Shown: positions 49,255 through 60,233 of the stretch, in pieces
Position numbering within the stretch: the stretch's first letter is position 1
Layout of the letters: each line of letters starts with the position of its first letter
Assembly (NCBI GenBank): GCA_002269645.1
Contig: NIVC01000130.1
Coordinates: 186,001 to 250,000 of the forward strand
DNA from: Macrostomum lignano
Taxonomy: Eukaryota
Length of the DNA: 64,000 nucleotides
Direction: 5' to 3'
Program-made: the position numbers and the translations under genes
The notes under the pieces: generated by a model
Database searches by the model: none
The model's input: only the letters and a program-made list of their open reading frames with translations
Told to the model about the DNA's origin: nothing

Positions 49255-50060
49255 TTACTTCAGGACATTCAGGGGTGTCTAAACCCTAAGAACTTCAGGA
49301 CATTCAGGGGTGTCTAAACCCTAAGAACTTCAGGACATTCAGGGGTGTCTAAACCCTAAGAACTTCAGGACATTCAGGGGTGTCTAAACCCTAAGAACTT
49401 CAGGACATTCAGGGGTGTCTAAACCCTAAGAACTTCAGGACATTCAGGGTGGTCGAAACCCTAAGAACTTCAGGACATTCAGTGGTGTCTAAAACCTAAG
49501 AACTTCAAGACATTCAGTGGTGTCTAAACCCTAAGAACTTCAGGACATTCAGGGGTGTCTAAAACCTTAAAAACTTCAGGACATTCAGGGGTGTCTAAAC
49601 CCTAAGAACTTCAGGACATTCAGTGGTGTCTAAACCCTAAGAACTTCAGGACATTCAGTGGTGTCTAAACCCTAAGAACTTCAGGACATTCAGGGGTGTC
49701 TAAACCCTAAGAACTTCAGGACATTCAGTGGTGTCTAAACCTTAAAAACTTCAGGACATTCAGGGGTGTCTAAACCCTAAGAACTTCAGGACATTCAGTG
49801 GTGTCTAAAACCTTAAAAACTTCAGGACATTCAGTGGTGTCTAAAACCTTAAAAACTTCAGGACATTCAGTGGTGTCTAAAACCTTAAAAACTTCAGGAC
49901 ATTCAGTGGTGTCTAAAACCTTAAAAACTTCAGGACATTCAGTGGTGTCTAAAACCTTAAAAACTTCAGGACATTCAGTGGTGTCTAAACCCTTAAAAAC
50001 TTCAGGACATTCAGTGGTGTCTAAAACCTTAAAAACTTCAGGACATTCAGGGGTGACCAA
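49255..50060. repeat. Minisatellite, 35/36-bp unit AAGAACTTCAGGACATTCAGGGGTGTCTAAACCCT
   Basis: Switches from a 35-bp to a 36-bp variant along the array. Confidence 0.92.
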
Positions 50061-50589
50061 AACTCTAAAAATTCAACATAAAAAGTATCAAAGTCGACGC
50101 AAAAAGACGCTTATCTCTAGAAAAGAAACAAATCATACAGTATTGTAACAAAAAATAAATTTATTTATTCCTTTCCAAGAAACATCCGGGTACTAAATTT
50201 CTGTGTGTGCAGGCAAGTTTAACGCAATAACAACGATTGTGCATTAGAAAATTGTAGTAATGGAATGACAAACCTAAACTTCGTGTAAAATATGTCAAGA
50301 AGCACGTTTAATTTAATGTAATTATTAAACAAAATTTATTTTAAACAATAGTTTAAACAAAAGAACGCAATAGTCAAACATATATTTTTTAGTGATAGCG
50401 ACTTGGATAACGCTTTGGCATAGAAATAAATCAAAATTGCCAAGGTTATGCATTTATGTCTGTATGTTATGTATTATTGAAAAAACACTGGTTCTACTTT
50501 GCAAGTACATTTTTCTGCTGACTCAGCAGACACTGTCTCTGCACAGAGGCTACACAGCATCCTTTTGCTCTGCCCAAGCTACCTTTTCA

Positions 50590-51480
50590 TTCACCCACTC
50601 TACCACTGTCTCTACCCACTCTACCACTGTCTCTACCCACTCTACCACTGTCTCTATCCACTCTACCACTGTCTCTACCCACTCTACCACTGTCTCTACC
50701 CACTCTACCACTGTCTCTATCCACTCTACCACTGTCTCTACCCACTCTACCACTGTCTCTACCCACTCTACCACTGTCTCTATCCACTCTACCACTGTCT
50801 CTACCCACTCTACCACTGTCTCTACCCACTCTACCACTGTCTCTACCCACTCTACCACTGTCTCTATCCACTCTACCACTGTCTCTACCCACTCTACCAC
50901 TGTCTCTACCCACTCTACCACTGTCTCTATCCACTCTACCACTGTCTCTACCCACTCTACCACTGTCTCTACCCACTCTACCACTGTCTCTACCCACTCA
51001 ACCACTGTCTCTACACACTCTACCACTGTCTCTACCCAACCTACCATTGTCTCTACCCAACCTACTCCATTGTCTGTATCCAACCTACTCCATTGTCTGT
51101 TCCCAACCTACTCCATTGTCTGTTCCCAACCTACTCCATTGTCTGTTCCCAACCTACTCCATTGTCTGTACCCAACCTGCTCCATTGTCTGTATCCAACC
51201 TACTCCATTGTCTGTACCCAACCTACTCCATTGTCTGTACCCAACTACCATTGTCTCTACCCAACCTACTACATTCTCTACCAAACCTACCATTGTCTCT
51301 ACCCAACCTACTACATTTTCTACCAAACCTACCATTGTCTCTACCCAACCTACTACATTATCTACCAAACCTACCATTGTCTCTACCCAACCTACTACAT
51401 TCTCTACCAAACCTACCATTGTCTCTACCCTTCTATCAACCTACTCTTCTCTCTACCCAACTTCTCATTGTCTCTACTCA
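50590..51480. repeat. Minisatellite, 21-bp unit ACTCTACCACTGTCTCTACCC, grading into CCAACCTACTCCATTGTCTGT
   Basis: Tandem copies. Confidence 0.9.
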
Positions 51481-51974
51481 ACATAAAACTATTATCCATA
51501 ATCTAAAGCAAATGAACAGAAGAGAAATGAAGATAACATGAGGTCCCGAGTTCGAGCTCTCACAAAGGTTACCATTGCTACAGTTTTCTCTCATGCTACT
51601 ATTTTCTTATGAGACCAACATTCTGAATACGGAGAGAGATAAAGGAGATTCTCTTTAACATTCAACTTAAAAGAAGTTGCTACATTCAACTCCAATAAAG
51701 CATTGGTGTTAAAGTTTTATATGCAAACAAAGAGGCTTCTGCAACCTAACATTAAAATTGTTACATAAAACAGTTCGTACAGTTTTTTAGTCAAGTGAAA
51801 AAACATAGAAAACTTAAACTTCATCTATTTACAATTGTGCAATAACGCTTCAAAATATTCATTCACGCACAGAATTTAACCAAAACGAATGAAATAAGCA
51901 ATGCACGAAAATGAACCAATTCTATGAGATAGGAAGTAAAAGCCTTTGATTAACTTTTTTCAGTCATTCCACAG

Positions 51975-53625
51975 AGACACCAGAATCCCACCCTAACTTT
52001 GAGAGACACTAGAATATCATCCCTTACTTGAGAGAGACACTAGAATCTCACCCCTTACTTTAGAGAGACACTAGAATATCACCCCTTACTTGAGAGAGAC
52101 ACTAGAATCTCACCCCTTACTTGAGAGAGACACTAGAATCTCACCCCTTACTTGAGAGAGACACTAGAATCTCACCCCTTACTTGAGAGAGACACTAGAA
52201 TCTCACCCCTTACTTGAGAGAGACACTAGAATATCACCCCTTACTTGAGAGAGACACTAGAATATCACCCCTTACTTAAGAGAGACACTAGAATATCATC
52301 CCTTACTTGAGAAAGACACTAGAATCTCACCCCTTACTTTAGAGAGACACTAGAATATCACCCCTTACTTGAGAGAGACACTAGAATCTCACCCCTTACT
52401 TGAGAGAGACACTAGAATCTCACCCCTTACTTAAGAGAGACACTAGAATCTCACCCCTTACTTAAGAGAGACACTAGAATATCACCCCTTACTTGAGAGA
52501 GACACTAGAATCTCACCCCTTACTTGAGAGAGACACTAGAATATCACCCCTTACTTGAGAGAGACACTAGAATATCACCCCTTACTTGAGAGAGACACTA
52601 GAATATCACCCCTTACTTGAGAGAGACACTAGAATATCATCCCTTACTTGAGAGAGACACTAGAATATCACCCCTTACTTGAGAGAGACACTAGAATATC
52701 ACCCCTTACTTGAGAGAGACACTAGAATATCACCCCTTACTTGAGAGAGACACTAGAATATCATCCCTTACTTGAGAGAGACACTAGAATCTCACCCCTT
52801 ACTTGAGAGAGACACTAGAATATCACCCCTTACTTGAGAGAGACACTAGAATATCACCCCTTACTTGAGAGAGACACTAGAATATCATCCCTTACTTGAG
52901 AGAGACACTAGAATCTCACCCCTTACTTGAGATAGACACTAGAATATCACCCCTTACTTTAGAGAGACACTAGAATATCACCCCTTACTTGAGAGAGACA
53001 CTAGAATATCACCCCTTACTTGAGAGAGACACTAGAATATCACCCCTTACTTTAGAGAGACACTAGAATATCACCCCTTACTTGAGAGAGACACTAGAAT
53101 ATCACCCCTTACTTGAGAGAGACACTAGAATATCACCCCTTACTTGAGAGAGACACTAGAATCTCACCCCTTACTTGAGAGAGACACTAGAATATCACCC
53201 CTTACTTGAGAGAGACACTAGAATATCAACCATTACTTGAGAGAGACACTAGAATCTCACCCCTTACTTTAGAGAGACACTAGAATCTCACCCCTTACTT
53301 CAGAGGGACACTAGAATCTCACCTCTGACTTCAGAGAGAGAGACACTAGAATCTCACTGCAGACCCTAGAATCTCACTGCAGGCCCTAGAATCTCACCGC
53401 AGACCCTAGAATCTCACCGCAGACCCTAGAATCTCACTGCAGGCCCTAGAATCTCACCGCAGACCCTAGAATCTCACCGCAGACCCTAGAATCTTACTGC
53501 AGACCCTAGAATCTCACTGCAGACCCTAGAATCTCACTGCAGACCCTAGAATCTCACTGCAGGCTCTAGAATCTCACTGCAGGCTCTAGAATCTCACTGC
53601 AGGCTCTAGAATCTCACTGCAGACC
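51975..53625. repeat. 31-bp minisatellite AGAGACACTAGAATATCACCCCTTACTTGAG followed by a 20-bp AGACCCTAGAATCTCACTGC array
   Basis: Two adjoining arrays share the TAGAATCTCAC core. Confidence 0.92.
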
Positions 53626-53711
53626 CCAGACAAAGCTAAAAGCAAAGTTAAAAAGCAAATACTGCATTTAAAGACTTGGACAATATTTAGCACAAAGAAA
53701 CAGCCGATGAG

Positions 53712-55012
53712 TCAGGCATTAACCACCCATTTCCCTCCTCTGTGTGTCCCAGCATCTGAGCCTGCCTCTGCATCAAAGTCGGCTTCAGCAGCTTCAACGC
53801 AGGGATCAATTGGCACTGCCGCAAGCATGCCAGCCTCAGCTGATGAGGCGCCAGAGGAGGCGCCACCTGCCGGCTCAAAGTCTTCGCCAGCAGCTTCTAG
53901 CAGAGGTCGCCGTTCCGACCTCCTTGGCGACGCTCCATCGCCGCCGCCGCTGGCGCCACTTCGTCGACTTGGCAAGGTGGATCTCACACTATTAGACACA
54001 TGATTAATGTGCTCAACAAAGTCCTGCCCAACATCGGACACGTCCCACATGCTCAGGAATGATCTGCAGCAGTTCTGACTAGGAGCGCCAGGATCAATAT
54101 ACGGTTTGTGCGAGAATGAAAAATAATGCGCCAATGCCGCAAGGAACATCTCCAAGCAGATGGCGAAATCTTGCAAGGCTCTGGCCACAGATTTTGGGTC
54201 TTCAAGTTTCCAGGCTTCCACTCGCCCAATCACGCCTGAGGCGGCCAGTATGGCAATGGCGATGGACTGCCAGAATGACAGGAACACCACGAATTTCACG
54301 CACAGAAATTTGGAAACTGGTCGCATCGGGCTGAGCTCCCGACGGCAGCACTTGTAGAATAGGATTAAGCAGTACATGGCCCACTGCGGTGCGGAGAAGG
54401 TTAGAGGAAGCGTTAGGGGACATTTATCCCAAGTTGGGATCACAGATTTGGGATCATTTGTGTCCTATCCCAGAGCTGGGATTTGGGATCATTTGTGTCT
54501 TATCACAGAGTTGGGATTTGGGATCATTTGTGTCCAATCCCAGAGCTGAGATTTGGGATCATTTGTGTCCAATCCCAGAGCTGGGATTTGGGATCATTTG
54601 TGTCCTATCCCAGAGCTGGGATTTGGCTTAGAATCATTTAAATTTATTTAAATTTTTAAAATAAATTTTAAAAATAAATAAAAAATTATTTTTTTAAATT
54701 TATTATTAAATTTATTTTTCATTAAATTTAAACTTCTACAATACTATAGATTAATTAAGAAAAAATATAAGCCAGTTTCAAAAAGCACAACTTACTACTT
54801 GTGACATGTTGTTCACGAACAGAATATAAGGAAACGCCGAGTCGAACCTCAAAAAGTCGCCTTCGCCATAGACGCCGAGTAATTCGCATATTCTGAAGTG
54901 TTGTGAAAGGAAGGCAGTGCGGGAATAATAGGGTTAGGCTGACTGTGTCTGTCTGTGTGCGTGTGAGTGTGAGTGTGTGTGTCTGTCTGTCTATCTCAGT
55001 GTCTGTCTGTCC

Positions 55013-55050
<38 letters not shown>

Positions 55051-55462
55051 GTGTCTGTCTGTCTATCTCAGTGTCTGTCTGTCCGTCTGTCCGTCTGTCT
55101 GTCTGTCTGTCTGTCTGTGTGTCTGTCTGTCTATCTCAGTGTCTGTCTGTCTGTCCGTCTGTCTGTCTGTCTGTCTGTGTGTCTGTCTGTCTGTCTATCT
55201 GTCTATCTCAGTGTCTGTCTTAGTGTCTGTCTGTCTTAGTGTTTGTCTGTGTGTCTGTCAGTCTTAGTGTCTGTCTGTCTGTCTGTCTGTGTGTGTGTCC
55301 GTCTGTCTGTCTATCTGTCTATCTCAGTGTCTGTCTGTCTGTCTGTCTGTGTGTGTGTGTGTGTGTGTCTGTCTGTCTATCTCAGTGTCTGTCTGTCCGT
55401 CTGTCTGTCTGTCTGTCTGTCTGTCTGTGTGTCTGTCTGTCTATCTCAGTGTCTGTCTGTCC

Positions 55463-55500
<38 letters not shown>

Positions 55501-55534
55501 GTGTCTGTCTGTCTATCTCAGTGTCTGTCTGTCC

Positions 55535-55568
<34 letters not shown>

Positions 55569-55777
55569 GTGTCTGTCTGTCTATCTCAGTGTCTGTCTGT
55601 CTGTCCGTCTGTCTGTCTGTCTGTCTGTGTGTCTGTCTGTCTGTCTATCTGTCTATCTCAGTGTCTGTCTTAGTGTCTGTCTGTCTTAGTGTTTGTCTGT
55701 GTGTCTGTCAGTCTTAGTGTCTGTCTGTCTGTCTGTCTGTGTGTGTGTCCGTCTGTCTGTCTATCTGTCTATCTCAG

Positions 55778-55808
<31 letters not shown>

Positions 55809-56251
55809 GTGTGTGTGTGTGTGTGTCTGTCTGTCTATCTCAGTGTCTGTCTGTCCGTCTGTCTGTCTGTCTGTCTGTCTGTCTGTGTGTCTGTCTGTCT
55901 ATCTCAGTGTCTGTCTGTCTGTCCGTCTGTCTGTCTGTCTGTCTGTCTGTGTGTCTGTCTGTCTATCTCAGTGTCTGTCTGTCCGTCTGTCTGTCTGTCC
56001 GTCTGTCTGTCTGTCTGTGTGTCTGTCTGTCTGTCTATCTGTCTATCTCAGTGTCTGTCTTAGTGTCTGTCTGTCTTAGTGTTTGTCTGTGTGTCTGTCT
56101 GTCTTAGTGTCTGTCTGTCTGTCTGTCTGTGTGTGTGTCCGCCTGTCTGTCTATCTGTCTATCTCAGTGTCTGTCTGTCTGTCTGTCTGTGTGTGTGTGT
56201 GTGTGTGTGTGTCTGTCTGTCTGTCTTAGTGTCTGTCTGTCTGTCTGTCTA

Positions 56252-56290
<39 letters not shown>

Positions 56291-56294
56291 GTCC

Positions 56295-56332
<38 letters not shown>

Positions 56333-57055
56333 GTGTCTGTCTGTCTATCTCAGTGTCTGTCTGTCCGTCTGTCTGTCTGTCTGTCTGTCTGTGTGTCTGT
56401 CTGTCTATCTCAGTGTCTGTCTGTCTGTCCGTCTGTCTGTCTGTCTGTCTGTGTGTCTGTCTGTCTGTCTATCTGTCTATCTCAGTGTCTGTCTTAGTGT
56501 CTGTCTGTCTTAGTGTTTGTCTGTGTGTCTGTCAGTCTTAGTGTCTGTCTGTCTGTCTGTCTGTGTGTGTGTCCGTCTGTCTGTCTATCTGTCTATCTCA
56601 GTGTCTGTCTGTCTGTCTGTCTGTCTGTGTGTGTGTGTGTGTGTCTGTCTGTCTATCTCAGTGTCTGTCTGTCCGTCTGTCTGTCTGTCTGTCTGTCTGT
56701 CTGTGTGTCTGTCTGTCTATCTCAGTGTCTGTCTGTCTGTCCGTCTGTCTGTCTGTCTGTCTGTCTGTGTGTCTGTCTGTCTATCTCAGTGTCTGTCTGT
56801 CCGTCTGTCCGTCTGTCTGTCTGTCTGTGTGTCTGTCTGTCTGTCTATCTGTCTATCTCAGTGTCTGTCTTAGTGTCTGTCTGTCTTAGTGTTTGTCTGT
56901 GTGTCTGTCTGTCTTAGTGTCTGTCTGTCTGTCTGTGTGTGTGTCCGCCTGTCTGTCTATCTGTCTATCTCAGTGTCTGTCTGTCTGTCTGTCTGTGTGT
57001 GTGTGTGTGTGTGTGTCTGTCTGTCTGTCTTAGTGTCTGTCTGTCTGTCTGTCTA

Positions 57056-57094
<39 letters not shown>

Positions 57095-58867
57095 GTCTGT
57101 CTGTCTGTCTATCTTTCAGACTAATTGAAGATTCAAAGGACCATAAAGTACAAAGCACTAAAATATTAATGAATAAAAATGCACTTTTACACTAATTTGA
57201 ATAGGTATTCACCAAGATCTGTCTGTAGGTCTGTAACGAAAAAGTTTATAAAAAATACACTACTCACAAAGTGATCACTGTAGTGATAGGCCGTATGACA
57301 GAATACTGCAGAACACCGTGCTTGCATCTGTCTAAAAATGGCCTGCAAAATTATAGTTTTGAATGTTTTAATGAAAACGCAGATAAAAAATTAAATATGT
57401 ATCTTGCATAAGCTAAACCATGCAAAGAATACAACTGATGAAACAGATTTAAAAAAGCAGATTTTAACTTTTAGTTTTAACGAAACTTCTAACTATTTAG
57501 AAACACATTCGATCTTACAGTCTGTAATAATGCCAATTCTCAATATGCTTGCAGTCCATTTTACTAAAATATACCGGCATAAATATGACTTTGATTTGAA
57601 TACTACTATAGGTTTCTATAGATTTAGGGCAATTCTCATAGGGAGATGAGGGCGATTCTCAAAGGGAGATTGAGGCCGATTCTCACAGGGAGATTGAGGC
57701 CGATTCTTATAGGGAGATTGAACAGAATCCTCACAGGGAGATTGAGGCCGATTCTCATAGGGAGATTGAACAGAATTCTCACAGGGAGATTGAGGCCGAT
57801 TCTTATAGGGAGATTGAACAGAATCCTCACAGGGAGATTGAGGCCGATTCTCATAGGGAGATTGAACAGAATTCTCACAGGGAGATTGAGGCCGATTCTT
57901 ATAGGGAGATTGAACAAAATCCTCACAGGGAGATTGAGGCCGATTCTCATAGGGAGATTGAGGCCGATTCTCATAGTGAGATTGAGACCGATTCTCATAG
58001 GGAGACTGAGGCCGATTCTCATGGGGAGATTGAGGCTGATTCTCATAGGGAGACTGAGGCTAATTCTCATAGGGAGACTGAGACCGATTCTCATAGGGAG
58101 ACTGAGGCTGATTCTCATAGGGAGACTGAGGCTGATTCTCATAGGGAGACTGAGGCCGAATCTCACAGAGAGATTAAGGCCGATTCTCATAGGGAGATTG
58201 AGGCTGATTCTCATAGGGAGACTGAGGCTGATTCTCATAGGGAGACTGAGGCTGATTCTCATAGGGAGACTGAGGCTGATTCTCATAGGGAGACTGAGGC
58301 CGATTCTCATGGGGAGATTGAGCACAGTTCTCATATACTTAAATACAAAAATTCAAACACAAAGCTTCTCATCTGCTCTCACCGTCCCATAGGCCAGGGA
58401 GGCATACAGCAGATAGGGAACAGGTGCTTAACGGGATCTCTTTGCTCGAGCATGAACTCCAAATCCGGATAGCTGGATCGCAGGTAGCACAACAAGTACA
58501 TCATGAAATTGTGTATAACATAAGCCTCGTAGCACTCTCTCATTGTGTCCAGATAGATTGACTGTTTCGGGAATCTCAGAGCAAACCAAGCGTTTAAAGA
58601 ATAAATCGGCACCATCCATAATATTCTGATTATGTAGCGCTGCAAGCCAGGATTAGTGTAGTTGATGAGGTGCGCCAGTATTGCCCATAGAGACACTGGC
58701 AAGGTGACCATTACGAACAAGCCGGCTATGAACCAGGCCTGGACACTAGCTGGTGAGCCTTTCTTATTCAATTCAATAACGCAGAGCGGCAGTGCAGTGA
58801 GCACCAAGCCAATGTACAGCGTGAACACAAGCGGTCGGATCCATCGCCTCCACTGTGGTAGGCACAT
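53712..58867 (-). CDS. TMEM184C: Transmembrane protein 184C (Solute_trans_a / OSTalpha-like), 4 exons, about 442 aa
   Basis: Exons 58867-58383, 57342-57268, 54892-54796, 54383-53712. Motifs: [93 protein letters not shown]. Confidence 0.95.
54420..54630. repeat. ~35-bp minisatellite TTGGGATCATTTGTGTCCTATCCCAGAGCTGGGAT
   Basis: About 6 copies in TMEM184C intron 3. Confidence 0.85.
54945..57118. repeat. (TCTG)n / (TG)n microsatellite with higher-order structure (TMEM184C intron 2)
   Basis: 2.2 kb; the marker TTAGTGTTTGTCTGTGTG recurs about every 380-450 bp. Confidence 0.95.
57625..58325. repeat. Minisatellite, 24-bp unit GGGAGATTGAGGCCGATTCTCATA (TMEM184C intron 1)
   Basis: Source of the MRISLSLP and GRLRPIL ORFs. 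Confidence 0.92.
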
Positions 58868-60233
58868 GATTGATTGTGCTTGCTGTTTTTTAATTTACAA
58901 TTCTTTGACAATTTATTATCTGGAAAAATTAAGCCATCCTATGTTTGTGTATTTACACGCCTCATTAAGGCTCTTCAACCGCTGTGTGAGAACTCAACTC
59001 AGAAATTGGGGTTAGGCATATAAAACTAGGACTTGGCAACACTTAGAGAAGGATATATTGTGAACTCATAGAAAAGTACACAGGATACCTATTTGTGTTA
59101 AGTACAAATATATAGACTTCCGAGTACACATTAGACTCTTGAAGTATTGATACAAATGGATTTTTGAAGCGTCTGTGAACTTGTGGACTTGTGAACATAC
59201 ATATCATGGACGGGAGACTTATTGTTTCCAATCTAAAACACTTCAATAGTTAAAATAATCTACGGACAGAAATTAAGCTTTCGAATAAAAACAGAATAAA
59301 CTTGGCTGTTTTATGCAATACAAATATTGTATGCATTGACCCTAGATTCTAAGAGTCAGATTGCATTTTTCCAGATCAAAAATGACTGACAACTCGGCAA
59401 TATGACGTATACTCGTAGATAAGCCGTGTTGAATTTTTCTATAAACATACACGTACATTCCAAGGCCACAGTACGAAAATGATAATTTTTTATTACTTTA
59501 TTACTGGGTAGCAACTTCTACTATCTGGATTATATATATATATATATAAGTAAGCAAGCAAGTAAGATAGCACCTTGTCGTTAGACATCTGCTACTTTTT
59601 CCATGAGAGAGAGAGGACAAAAACCGACTCAGAGAGCAAGACAAACTGTAATCAAGCAGTGGAAATAGAAATACTTTAAAAAGTATTTTTGCCGTATCCA
59701 AGTTGGTAGAGGAACACAACTTACTAATGTCGCTACTCTCAATATACATGTGGTGGATAGTCAAGATAAAAGGCTTAAGTTAGCTAGTTAGATAAGATCA
59801 AATACAATGCTCAAACTCAACTACAGAGATGAGTGAGACAATACTTTAGGGCGAAGTGAGGAGAGAAACTTCACTAGCACACAATGGTAACGGTTGAACT
59901 TGTCGAATTAATCAGCAAAGCGCATTGTGGCCAAAATTTAACTAGCTAGTAGAATTCTTATCTGGCGTGATCAACATTTACTTTATTGTACACACCAGCA
60001 GGTGTCGTTCACAGGTTCCTGTTAACAATCAGACCAGTCCAATCGAGTCTTGAAAAAAAAGAACTGGACTCGCGCACGCTAGTGGTAGCTGAGAGCAGAT
60101 AATAAATACACAACTCAAAGTTCGGAGAGCTGGCCTAGAAATGCAAAACTAGAACGAGCCACTTAGAAGAGGCCGAGAGAATCCTACAAGCAGACTTGAA
60201 TGCCTGCAGTTTCATCCGTTTGAACAAGCGGGC

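Noticed and set aside
49770-51541. TTECPEVFKVLD, HSTTVST and WVETVVE periodic ORFs resembling mucin or antifreeze repeats
   Set aside because: All frames are periodic, the adjacent 35-bp variant breaks frame, and there is no signal peptide or splice context.
45340-53300. Regular 26-36-bp repeats resembling CRISPR arrays
   Set aside because: Head-to-tail units with no unique spacers, no cas genes, and a spliced eukaryotic context.
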